Shown here piece after piece: positions 1 through 11,945 of a stretch of 64,000 nt of DNA. Numbering within the stretch: position 1 is the stretch's first letter; each line of letters starts with the position of its first letter. This DNA comes from Toensbergia leucococca (lineage: Eukaryota), in contig JALDZS010000018.1 in assembly GCA_022813965.1 (NCBI GenBank), positions 1 through 64,000 on the forward strand, given 5' to 3'. Both the position numbers and the translations under genes were made by a program. The notes below the pieces were generated by a model that saw only the letters and a list, made by a program, of their open reading frames with translations, ran no database searches and was not told where the DNA came from.

Positions 1-3000
1 GAAATACCACGGACCCAACCATTTAGTAGTATCCCCCCGGATCAACTAAATGAAATGAGAAATTGGTTCATAACAGCCATCAATGCGGTACAAGTACACC
101 AAGAAAGACCCGCGGAAAATCCAGCAGAACGAGAACCTCGAGACCGCGAGCCCCGAGAGCCCAAGGAATGGACCGCCGAGGAGGTAGGATTCTTTGAACC
201 TGACCGTGCAGATACCAACGGAATGTCCACCTCTGGGAAACATACCTTCTACAAAGATGTCTATGTCTACATTGATCGCCTCCGAGACCTTGAAAAGGTA
301 CAAGGAGAAGAAAAGCTGAGGATAGTAATACCACAGACCTTCCGAGGGGCGGCAACTAGGTGATACACCTCAGAACTCACCACAATGAAAAAGAAATTCC
401 TGCGGGATGTCAAACTAGAACGGTATTACCTCCAACTCATCCAAAGATTTAAGATACGCACGCCACAGGCGCTGCAACTACTTACCTCTGAGCGTTATTC
501 CATGGAAAACGCACGATTGGGTAGGACCCCAAGGGCCTACATTTAAGACGTTCTCCGCCATGCTAGAGCAGCAGAGTTTGACTCAACTTACCATCAGCTG
601 ACGTATACATGGAACGGTCTAACCCTGGAATATCGGCGAGATATACCAGAACCAACCCCTGCCACCACCATGGCCGTATTCATGGCACAACTAGATGCCA
701 AGGAAAATATATGGGCAGAAATGGCCGGGTCAAAAAGCTGTGGTTATACCATTGGTACCAAGCCACGCAAAAAGGAGCGTAACATAAGGAAGGCCAGAAC
801 CACGTCAGCCTATCCAGCTAATCCGTCGGCTTTACCGTACTACGCACCGGCACTGCCGCAAGCATATCAGTCATATGATCGCAGCTATTATCAAGGAAAC
901 AATAGAGGTTATAGTAATAACTCAACCTATCAAAACCAAGGTAATTCACATACCTTGTCTTACCAAAATCCTAACAAGGAACAACCTCCAAAGCCTATCA
1001 GCTCAGATCGCCGTCCCCTGCAAATAAAGGATAGTAGTAAGGACTCAAAGTTCCAAGGAAAACCCAAGAAAAGTGCCTCCTTTAAGAAGGATGACAGGCG
1101 TCCCTCCAAAAGGCAGTCAGCGTATCAGGTAGATACCGATGTTAATGACCTTGAAGAAACTACCAACAAGAGTAGTGAGGATGACATACGGCCTGAGGAA
1201 GATCCAGGTAATTACTGGGCAAATGCAGTTGTGCACTACCAGCCACGTCAATATAACGACGATAGCAACGGATCTACCATGGATGATGTGAATTTTGTCT
1301 CAACGCCAAAGGTAATATGCAAGACATGTGGACTGGAATTTCCATCAAAAAACCTCATGCACAAGCACATCAGGGCAGAGCACTCAAAGGCTAAAGTGAC
1401 CAAACCGGGGGACGCTAAGTTGAAACCCATGCCGCCAAAACAATCAGTGGTAGCAGTGCCAGTTACAGCCCCATTGAATAACTTATCAAAGGAAATTCCA
1501 ATAGCAAAATCTACCGCCGTTGACGATGTTAAGATAATGGAAGGCCTCCAAACTTTTCACTTTGTCACAAATCTGGTCAGCCTATCTGAAACATCCACGC
1601 CAGAGCCAGTATGTCTAGATACAGGTGCATCTATAACACTAATTGACTGAGAATTTCTCCGCCGCCAAAATTCTACTATTCCAATTAATCAAATGGATAA
1701 ACCAGCAAAATTCCGCGGAATAGGCCCTGACCAGCATCAGACTGGAGAATATATCAATCTGGAAATGCGCTTCCTAGGCAAACAAAAGGATAAACCATGG
1801 ATTGCCCTGGTCACTCGCAAAGCATACGTTGTTGATAACTTGCGAGCTAAAATGCTAATCGCCATGGATATATTAGGTCGGGAAAAGATTGACCTAATGC
1901 TATCCAGTAAAACAGCTTATTTTGGGGCATGCAACGTCGACGTCCCAATTGAGATAACGCCTAGAGGCTCATACACTAGACGGGGCATCCACGCAAAAGC
2001 CGAAGTGTACATACCACCAAGTGGACGCGCCAGCATAGATGTCGGTCACCTAGATCTATCAATGGATTGAGACTTTATCTTTGAATCTGGAGAATCTATG
2101 GCTACTCTGTACACGCACATAGTTGACGCGGCTACCACTTCAATAATAGCCTCCAATGAGCTACAGACAGGCGTGATAATTCCAAGGAATGCCCAGCTAG
2201 GGTTTGTCACCAAAATGGACCACAAAAATTGCTACGCAGTTGACGACGTGGTACATCATGAAGACATATAGGATTTAGCCGCAAGAAAGCCACGGGAACA
2301 CCATAGGACCCATTGGAGAAAATACTTGTTTGCCGCCGCCGCTGCCGCAGCGTATGTGGTAAATCCAATAGCAAACCCTACCAGAACTACTGAAATGAAT
2401 CCACCTAATATTCCGCTAAAGACAAACTCAACGTCCAAACTTGCACTTCCTAACGTTGATAAGTTAAATAATAATTGGTCTAAAGAATCCATAGCTATTC
2501 CACCAGATATAGAACATAGCATGCCAAATAAAGTCAGAATATACGGTGATTCAGCCACTAGGGAATGCCTGCTGGAAGTAGTAAATTGGCACACCCCCTT
2601 ATGGGAAGAAGGCAGATTTGCCAAGGTTCCTCCAGACGAATGGATGACCATCCCGCTAAAGGAAGATTGGGAAAAATCTATCAAAGGAAAAGCCAAGGTT
2701 TATCCTTTAGGCACCAAAGACAAGGAAGTAGTAGATCAGACGTTTGATCAACTACATGAACAAAAAAGGCTACAATGGACCAACCAAAGTACTCCTTTTA
2801 GCTTTCCAGTGTTTGTAGTTTGGAAAACAAATTTAGATGAAACATGAAAAGAAAGAGCTGTTGTGGATATTCAATGGCTAAACCAAGTTACCCAGCCAGA
2901 CGCATACCCACTTTTGCTACAGTCCGATGTCATAGCCCTAACAAGGGACTGTAAATACATTACGAGTATAGATAGTGCCTCCTTCTTTTACTAGTGGCTG

Positions 3001-5757
3001 GTAAAACCAGAGGATTGCCACAAACTTACCGTGGTTACTCACCGAGGCCAAGAGACTTTCCGAGTACCGGTAATGGGTTACAAAGGATCACCGGCCTATA
3101 TACAAAGACAAATAGATCGAATTCTACGGGAATTCAGTGAATTTGCCAAGGCCTATATAGATGATATTATCATATTCTCTAAGACCCTTGATAAACACCT
3201 AGATCATCTGGAAAAGGTCTTCACCAAGCTAACTCGGATGGGTATTTCCTTAAAGGGGAATAAGTCATTTATCGGATACCCCACAGTAATACTACTTGGA
3301 CAACGAGTTGACTCTCTAGGATTATCCACAGCAAAAGAAAAGCTAGAGGCAATAGCTCAACTAAAGTTCCCAAATACACTAAAGGAACTGGAGACCTACC
3401 TAGGAATAACAGGTTACTTAAGAAACTACATTCCATGGTATGCGGTAATAGCACGGCCTCTTTAGGATAGAAAAACCTTACTACTAAAACCAAGCCCGCT
3501 GGCTGGTAATGCTAGAAAGGCCTATTCCAAAGGAACTTCCGTTGAAGACCCATCACCTGAAGAAACCCAATCGTTTGAAACAATTCAGAAAATGCTATCT
3601 TTGCCCCGCAACTTGCATCATTTTGACCACACGAGAGATCTGTGGATTAACCCTGATGCTTCTAAGAAAGGAATGGGAGTTATGGTCTTCTACGTAAAAG
3701 GAGATCTAGAACTGGCTACATCTTCCACGGGAAAACCAGGACATGCATCCAATGATAAAAAAATGGGAAAATACCCATCTTTCAGTCAAATAGAACCTAT
3801 CCTTTTTCTGAGTCACCTCCTCAGCCCTGCTGAAACTCGCTACTGGCCTACTGAAATGGAAATAGCCTGTCTAGTATGGGTGGTAAAGAAAATTTGTCAT
3901 ATGGTGGAATCAGCCAAGAGAACTATCGTCTTAACTGATCATGCATCTACTGTTAGCATTGCTACTCAGATGAGTCTTAATACCACATTGACAGCCAAGC
4001 TAAACCTACGGCTTATCCGTGCATCGGAATACCTCCAAAGGTTTAACCTGGACATACGGCACATTCCCGGCAAGAAAAATATGGTGCCAGATGCCCTATC
4101 ACGCTTAGACTCGAAAATCCATGGTAAACCCGATGAGGGCCATTCGGAACTGGATGCACTGTATGTTTATTCCTTCACCTCCGTCGGAATAGATGAGGAT
4201 TTTAAGGCAAAAATTGTACAAGGCTATAAAAAGGATGCTAAATTGAAAAATGTCATGGAAGTTCTAAAGAAAAACCACGGCGTGGGCGCCGCAAAAATTC
4301 CTTTCAAGGGGGCAGACAACGGCCTAATTTTTCATATTAATAAACTAACTGGTGAAAGACGACTGGTTATACCATGGACTTGCAAGAAAGAGATATTTGT
4401 AACCGCCCATGACAACCAAGGTCATCCGGGCTATGGCAAGTTATATGAGAAAATCGCTTGTTCCTGGTATATCCGTGGATTACATAAGTCTTTGAAGGAG
4501 TACCTCCGACATTGCCCTACCTGCCAGGTCTATCAAACTTGCAGACATATGCCTTATGGATTGCTGCAACCAATCATAGCATTACCGCAGTTATTTTATA
4601 CTATCACTATTGATTTTATCCTTGCCCTTCCAAAGTCGGAAGAAAAGTTTAATAATCTCATGACGGCTACCTGCAAATTCAGCAAACGAGTACTGTTAAT
4701 CCCTGGAGAATCCAAGTATTCTGCTGAAGACTGGGCAATAAGCTACCTCAATGCCTTGATGAAAGCAGAATAGGGCCTACCATTGGTTATTGTATCCGAT
4801 CGAGACCGGAAATTCCTTAGTTTATTCTAGACAGCACTGTTTGAACGATTGGGGGTAAAGCTCTTATATAGCACTGCCTACCACCCACAGACTGATGGCC
4901 AATCAGAAAGAACTAACCAAACGGTGGAAATAGCTCTTTGGTACTACATGCAATCCATGGAAGATCCAGCGCACTGGCCAAAGATAATACCCCTTCTACA
5001 ATCTAACATGAACAATTCCATATCCGTGTCTACAAATAAGACCCCAAATGAGATATGTTATGGAACATCTATTTGAGATCCAACATCCTGGATCACGGAT
5101 AAGAATGACAGAATAGCCACGGATATTCCGAACTCCCAAATTCAAGTATCGGACGCAATAGACTTTGCTGCAGTGACGGCTAAATATCACTACGATTGCA
5201 AGCATCAGTCAATGAACTTGAAGGTTGGAGACTATGTGCAGATAGTTCTACACAAGGGATATTTGCTGGATACTCCGGGCGCCAGATTCAAGAAGCTTGG
5301 TATGCAATCTACGGGACCGTTCAAGATCATAGAGAAGATAGGACGGCTGGCCTATAAACTGAATATTCCACAGAATTGGCGAGTGCGCCCGGTGTTCACC
5401 ATTCAACAATTGGAGCCAGTGCCGGACCCTAACTCGGATCCATATCAACGTCCTCGGCCGGATGAGCCACCGTCAATCCATGTTGACGGTGACACGGAAA
5501 CCTTCAAGTCTTTTGAAGTAGAACGTCTACTTGACAAAAGGATTGTCAAAAGAGAACGTGGTAAATCCACGGAATACCTGGTAAGATGGAAAGGATACGG
5601 ACCAGAGCATGACCAGTTCATGAACCTAAAGGACTTAGGGAATTCCATGGATTTAATACAGGACTATGAGGCTTCTAGAGACAAGCAACTGGTACAGGCC
5701 ATAGATAGTAATGCCCTGGAAGTACCAAGGACTCAAGTAATTGTAAAACAAGGATGA
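1..5757 (+). pseudogene. gag-pol polyprotein, single reading frame interrupted by about ten nonsense codons
   Basis: ORF fragments starting at 55, 670, 1693, 2326, 3031, 3592, 4849 and 5173 are all in one frame. The stops can each be derived from TGG, CGA, CAA or CAG by one transition (e.g. FFY*W for FFYQW, *GLP for WGLP). Confidence 0.92.
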
Positions 5758-6342
5758 GGACGGCCTAAAAGGACCACGCAGTAGCTGTCACTAGGAATCG
5801 CACTGGAACCCTACTTGCCTATAAGCAATCGCTGGAATAACTACAGTTAATCCATCATCAGGGGCAAAGGTTGCACGGTCCATCTCTTTTGTTAGCATGT
5901 ACAGTGAATGAGTTTAAGTCTTAACCTTACCTTTTTGTTCTATCCTCTCATCCTTCCTCATCCTACATCCACCGTCACCATCTTTCTATCACCAGCCAAT
6001 TTAGTTGCCATCAACAGTACAGCTTGCTATCATCTCATCTACATCATCGTCAAAATTCCACAGATAGTCTACAAGCTGATCAGTCTTCTACCCGCAATTT
6101 ACAATTTTCTTAAGTCTTATTTCATCCAAAAGTTGCTACCTATCTATGCCATCCGGTAGTCCTTGCACCGCCGCCCGCCGCACTACTGTCACCGCCCGCC
6201 GCCTTGGACAAAGACAGTGACACCTTTCCATACTACCCGTCAGCTACAAAAGATTTAAGTCAAGATGGAATGGCTTTCTAACAAGGAAAGTCCACGGCAG
6301 AACCATGGGGGCATGGAGGATCTTTTTTTGTGTGAGGCGTGT

Positions 6343-6514
6343 TGTTACGGTGTTTCTTTCTTCCTTAGGGCTAGGAGTGATTAGGCAAGGATAGGCGAGC
6401 CAAGAACCCTAAGTGGCTTGGCATAGCCACGGTATATCTAGTAGCTCTGCACCTAGATAGCAATCCATCTTCTAATTACACCCAGAATTTGGAATCTCAA
6501 AAGAGACCCTTATA
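6343..6514 (+). repeat. 3' LTR of the Gypsy element (~172 bp)
   Basis: Starts TGTTACGG after a weak G-rich PPT-like tract. Ends GACCCTTATA, read as GACCCTTACA with a CpA>TpA change, matching the ends of the two solo LTRs. Helitron helicase codons resume at 6515. The 5' LTR is not available for confirmation. Confidence 0.75.
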
Positions 6515-8206
6515 TAGATCAAGATTATCAAAAACATAATCTGACTATAAGTCTCTGACTTAACTTCTTACTAACACTAAAGAGAAAGTATAGAGATTAC
6601 TGATTGATCATTATTTATAAAGAGATAAGGCTCAGTGTACTTGTTTAACTTAAACTTAAACAGCATGCAGAGTAAGTTTATTCTGAGGTCATTATTTAAA
6701 AATCAGACAACATTATAAAGCGTTCTCAGAATTTTATTTATTAATTTAAACATAGTCAAGAGATTGTAGATAATCATTATCTTATACTCTTTGCTTATAA
6801 ACAGTTTAGAATACAGTCTCTTAACATCTTTCTTACTGAACTTCTTTACCTTTAGTAAGGAGTGTCTGACTTCTATTCATATCACAGAATAATCTTTACT
6901 TATCAATATATTAAGATTGTGTGTCTTGATGTTATTCTGCATTACAAAGATGCGCAGTGTATCATTGAACTCATGCTAAATGTTATTAGTTAATTTACTT
7001 TTTACTTACTGAATCAAGAACTTAAAGTTCTTTTAAGTTATATCATTATGCTGAAGACCTTATAGAAGAGAATAAAACTGAATAAATTTCTGATCTTTAC
7101 CCTGCTGCTGCATGATCTAAGTCAGCTGAACTGTTTGATTAAACATTTAGTAAAGAGTCTAAGCCCTGACAATGATGAGCTTTACCGCAGTATAAACTGT
7201 TTGAAACAGAAAAGACATGTTAACAGGAGAGAGCTGATAGAAGTTATTAAACAAAATAATGTTTAACTCACTGAATAAGATCTTAGAGTTATCTGAAAAC
7301 ATCTGTTATAGTCTAAAATTAATTTTATATAGTTGACTTAAATCAATCATTGACTTCTCATTAATAATGAGATATTAGCAGTGTTAAAAGCGCTGCTGCA
7401 GACATAAGAGAGTTGAGTTTAATAAAGGTTTAAATGATCTTTAAATAAGTAACTAAAACAATAAATGTAGAGTAATACTGTGAATTTCAAACACAGTGAC
7501 ATCAATTAAGACAGCTTAAAGCACAGAATCTGACTGTTAATCATAGTAATATGTAATGTTAATTAGATAAGAGAAGAGTATATCAATCAGATAGAACTTG
7601 TCTGTTCTCACTGAATCATCTATATGCAGTAAAAGTTGAGCGAGTTATTTATCTCTGATATACACATTAGTATCATTAATTATCAGATTAAATGCAGTTT
7701 TTTAAGTCCCTTAAAGAGTGCTTAAATTATTATAAGCTCAGATTACATTATTCAGATGTGCTTTTACTTATTTAAGAGAGTTATTTTAATCTCTAAATCA
7801 TTTATAGTAATAATCACTCAAATGTCAATCATAATTCAGATCTTAAGATTAGTTATTGAGATTGTTAACATTAATAAGTGATACTTCTGTGATTGAGTTC
7901 TGAGTGATCAGTATAATTCAGTTAGACTGTCATTCTATATCAGACTTCTTAGAATCAGACTCAAATTTAGAATCTAACTGTGTATTATCATTAGCCTTCA
8001 ACGAGTTCAGAGAATCACATAAGTGCTAATGTTTAGTCTGATACAATTGATAAGAAAGAGCATAGAAGAGTTCATCATTATTATTAAGCATTTGCAGTTA
8101 AGACTGTTTAGTAAATAAATAATGAAGCATTAACTTCACTTAGCAATAGTTATTATAACTCTTCTTATTAGAGTCTAATTTATACTTAAGATATATACAA
8201 AGAATT

Positions 8207-8411
8207 TGTAAGGGTTCTGGTACAATTTGTATAGTGTTAGAAAGATAATAGATTCTCTAAGAAAGTGGGCGGTCTTATTGACCCCACTAGCGCTAGTGTT
8301 CCGGAGTATCCTCTAACTAAATAAAGCTAATACTGACTAGCAAGACAATAGGAAGGCACGACAATAAGGATTGCTAGTACTATCTATAGGAATATAGGAT
8401 TAACTGTGACA
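8207..8411 (-). mobile_element. solo LTR (205 bp) inserted in the Helitron relic
   Basis: TG...CA termini (minus strand TGTCACAG...GAACCCTTACA) flanked by a perfect 5-bp direct repeat GAATT at 8202-8206 and 8412-8416; higher GC than the flanks. Confidence 0.85.
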
Positions 8412-8644
8412 GAATTCTTAAGAAAGTCCTCAGTCACTTTTTTACAATACTCTTATTAACATATTATTTTTAAGCAAATTTAAAAAGACTTACATTCACA
8501 ATGTTTAGATCATACTTCTTAACAAATATACTGTGTATAATATATTTTTTAAGTTAGAAATAACTCTTTTTAATCATCTTATCTTTATCAATCTCAATGA
8601 CACTGATCTGTTTACTGTTTAGTTAAATATTAAGATTAACAAAG

Positions 8645-8796
8645 TGTCACGGTTCTATCTTAGGTTAGCGTCCCCGGGCCCGGATCATCGATTGTTCCGG
8701 CCTCACACACTAGATATTCGCGATCCTAGCACGTAGAACGGCAGCGAGACAGCAACATAGGAAGGGGATCACCAACTATCATTTTGAACCCTAACA
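8645..8796 (+). mobile_element. solo LTR (152 bp) inserted in the Helitron Rep region
   Basis: TGTCACGG...GAACCCTAACA flanked by a perfect 5-bp TSD CAAAG at 8640-8644 and 8797-8801; a GC-rich, CpG-retaining island in AT-rich DNA. Confidence 0.9.
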
Positions 8797-11700
8797 CAAA
8801 GGTATAATTGTAAATCATAAGTTGTTAACTTAACAAATGATGATTGATCTCTTGTACTGATCAATCTCATTCTTTAATGAGATAATTTATTATCTTTTAA
8901 GTCACTGACTGAAGAGAGTTCTGTTCATTATAATTCTGAACAGTCATTGAGAAAAGAGCTTTGTAGAGTTCTGACTTAGTTTTAGCTTTACTTACATACT
9001 TTATCACATATCACAGAACAGCCCTAATATTAATATAAGAAGATATGTCTGTGTTTATATTTTAGCTCAACATTAGAATTAGAATATAGCTGTTTAAGAG
9101 AATATTATTTCAGATCAGCATATACTTGTAGTACTAAGAGTTTTAATCTTAAATAACACTTATAATAATTCAGTAAGCTTGAGAGAAATAAAAGTAACAT
9201 TGCAGTCACTCATTAACCTTGACCTTCTTTTAACAATAGCTCTTCAAGCATTAGTGACATTAATAGCAGATAAGGCACTCAGTCAAATAATACTTAGTAT
9301 TTAAATGTGCAGTTAGAGACAGACTAGCTGAGTTTTTCTCAGTCTGCTGCAACTTAAAAGCTGAATGCATCACAGAGATCATAGTAAATTAATAAGCAGT
9401 CAATTGATTATAAAGTTCTTATATTTTAATAAAGAAAAGAAGTAATTCACTCAGTTAAAGAAAGTCATGCATGTAATCACTGTCTTAATTCTGTCACTTA
9501 AACTGATATTAATGATTCTTAATAGTAAATATCTTCATCATAACATACTTAAAGAAGAGTTTAAACTATTGAATTAAGTAGTAGAATGCAATGTGTGAGT
9601 TATTAGTCACATTAATAAAGGCCTTTTAAAGTTGCTCTTTTTCTGACAGTTTCTTAAACTGTTCAAACTCTAATATCTGAGATTGCAAGTCATATCACTG
9701 AAGATTAGCTGCGCAGAATATAAAGAACAAGTAAAGACAATTAAGATTCTGAATTATCATCTAAAGTTGAGAACATTAATGAGATTAGAAGAGCTGTGTT
9801 TCTTTGAGCTATTCAGTCAAATAAGTGATGTGATTCATCAGTCTAATATTACTATTCTGCATTAACTGCTATAGCTCATTTATAATAATAAGCTTATCAT
9901 GTATCTTCTTGCAAATATAATTAACATGATTCTTAAAGAACCTTCACATGTTAATAGTGAAGACAATATATTGAATACAAAGATGACATGCAAAGCATTT
10001 ATCTTTGTATCTGATTAGATAACTTATTTAGTCACTTAATTTTAAATAACACAGATGTAAGATGTAGAAATCACTGAGTTCTTAAGAAAACAAAGTCAAA
10101 AAAGTTATCTGAAAGATGCAGTGTTTCTTTTATTCAGAAATTATTATCTGATTAAATGTTAATATAGACACAAAATCTCTGCTTGACTGCATTGCTTGTT
10201 GCAGACATCAAAGTTCAGTCTGATCTGAGACAGTATTTAGTACTGTAAAGACATAAGATAATTGATTATCATCAGCATTATTATTATCAATGTTGTTTAA
10301 CTTATTAACATTAAAATTATTACTAGAAAGATTGTTTAATAAGTTATCAATCTGAAGAACTTGCAGTTGAGAGTAAATAGACTTATTCTCTGATAAAGTC
10401 ACTAGATTATTTTTATCTATAAGCATATTCTTATAGTCAGGGTGCTTTTGCTGCAGATAAATCATTTATTTCTGAATATTCTTATAATAAACAGTAAACT
10501 GTCTGTCAAAATGTTATTTAATAACTTAATTAGATTTCTTACTCTTAGATATTAGTTTTAGTGTTACAATCTAAATAAGATTATCACAGGCTGAATACAC
10601 TGAACTAAATCTAACATATCTGAAGATCAGAGATTAACTTTAATAACTTAAGATATACCTTAATTGTGTTTTGCATAAAGTTAACACAATAACTGATGTA
10701 TTTATACTACGCACCTTTTACCTGTAATGTCTGCATGTGAGTGTAAATAAGAAAGATTAGCTGCTTCTTAACCTCAGTCAATTGAGAAAGATAATCAAAA
10801 ATAGAGTTAACATCAGCATTATTCTTAGTGATAAATAAGTAAGAAGTACTCATAGTGTCTCATTTTTAACATCATTTGCATACCTCATTATAAACATTCA
10901 AATTAAATTACCTTTAATCATACTAAACACATTCCTTCTAAATCATCTTATTTAATGTGTTATAAAAGTTTTTAATTCAACTTTAATGCTCTTATGAGAT
11001 AATTAGTTTATTCAGAGAAGTTACAGTCTCAGAACTACAGAATGATATTTAAGAATATGTTTAAGTGAGCTTCTTACAGGTGACAAGTTCATGAGCAGCC
11101 TTCTGTCAGATAATCTCTTCTCACTTCTTACAGACATAGTGAGTAATATTATGACACTTCTAACACACAGCAGTAGTGATCTTTAGATTAGATTAAAAGA
11201 ATAGAAAATGACTCAAGAGTCAGTTCTTAACACAATGAGAGCAACATTATAACTATGACACTAATAATGAAGAGATAGAGTTATCTTTAGCACATACTTA
11301 CTGTTTATTATGTATGTGTTTCTTTTTTGTCTCTGCAACTCACTGTGCTATTCTAATCTCTTTAGACTTATTATTGAGATGATTAAATTATACATTTGAA
11401 TTCAACTTCTTAAGTAACTGTCTTCATTAAATCTTTTTTACAGAAGATGCTCTGATAGCATAATCATTTTTAGTTGAAGAATATGACTGTTTGTTGCTCT
11501 GACTCTAAATGAATGATTAGTAATAAAGTTAATAGAAGCAGTACTAAATATTAAATTATACCTTTTAAAAAATATCTTAGCAGACAGAGCAATTCTTTGA
11601 AACTTGACTAAAAGTAGTATAAAATTCAGATAAAAGGCAGAGCTTTGCGCACTTTGAACAAGTGATGATATTTATTGAGGGAGTAAAAAATAAGTAATTA

Positions 11701-11925
11701 AATAAAAAGATCATGCAGTTTTATCATAGAAAATTTTTATCAGTAATCTGAACACAGCCTGAACACATCACTAGGTAACCTAGATAGGCTTAGCACCATC
11801 ACCTTAAACTCAAAACAGTAACTGTCAACCTCACGTGATTGCATCATAGGTGAGGTCCGTCTAAAAACACCTGGTAGTAATTGCATCTCGCTTCGCTCAC
11901 TGCAAATATGTGACACTAAACCCCT

Positions 11926-11945
11926 TCTAGAATAGCTATTCTAGA
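11926..11945. repeat. perfect 20-bp palindrome TCTAGAATAGCTATTCTAGA at the edge of the TE block
   Basis: The sequence equals its own reverse complement. Confidence 0.9.

Larger units (their letters stand above)
1..6514 (+). mobile_element. Ty3/Gypsy (chromovirus-type) LTR retrotransposon, inactivated; 5' LTR and start of gag lie outside the window
   Basis: Domain order gag-PR-RT-RH-IN-chromodomain: protease CLDTGA (~1612-1630), RT AYIDDIIIFS (~3150-3180), RNase H (DASKKGMG, AETRYWPTEME, TDH, VPDALSR), integrase HHCC (AHDNQGH...CPTC) and D,D,E (ITIDFI, VSDRD, QSER), chromodomain FEVERLLDKR...YLVRWKGYGPEHD, then a TG-starting LTR. Confidence 0.95.
6515..11905 (-). mobile_element. RIP-degenerated Helitron-like element (HLE2/Helentron-type) with a DUF6570-like region, Rep (HUH) and PIF1 helicase; its 3' part is displaced by the Gypsy insertion
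   Basis: The minus-strand translation keeps motifs that are restored by reversing only C>T/G>A changes. SQLTEVKKQLI...HMQTLQVKGA*YKY (~10700-10790); FTVYYKNIQK*MIYLQQKHPDY (~10435-10500); LFFIFCAANLQ* for FFTFSAADLQW (~9695-9730); H*YQFK*QN*DSDYMHDFL*L for HWYRFEWQNRGSGHxHGFLWL (9452-9514); YVIKYVSK for YxxKY (~8988-9011); E*D*SVQE for ERDWSAQE (~8850-8873); IDDSVRTDKF for DGxAGTGKS (~7594-7623); IINEKSM (~7350-7370); FNNFYQLSPV for GDFYQLPPV (~7220-7250); QIMFLIILIY for RTxFPxxLAY ending at 6515. The right boundary is approximate. Confidence 0.9.

Noticed and set aside
6343..6530. Alternative LTR end at ...AAGATTATCA (6530) giving a clean TG...CA
   Set aside because: Bases 6515-6530 continue the Helitron helicase codons, and the other LTRs end in ACCCT(T/A)ACA, which favours 6514.
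9683..9865. Plus-strand 60-aa ORF in the AT-rich block
   Set aside because: Antisense to the degenerate Helitron Rep; no recognisable features.
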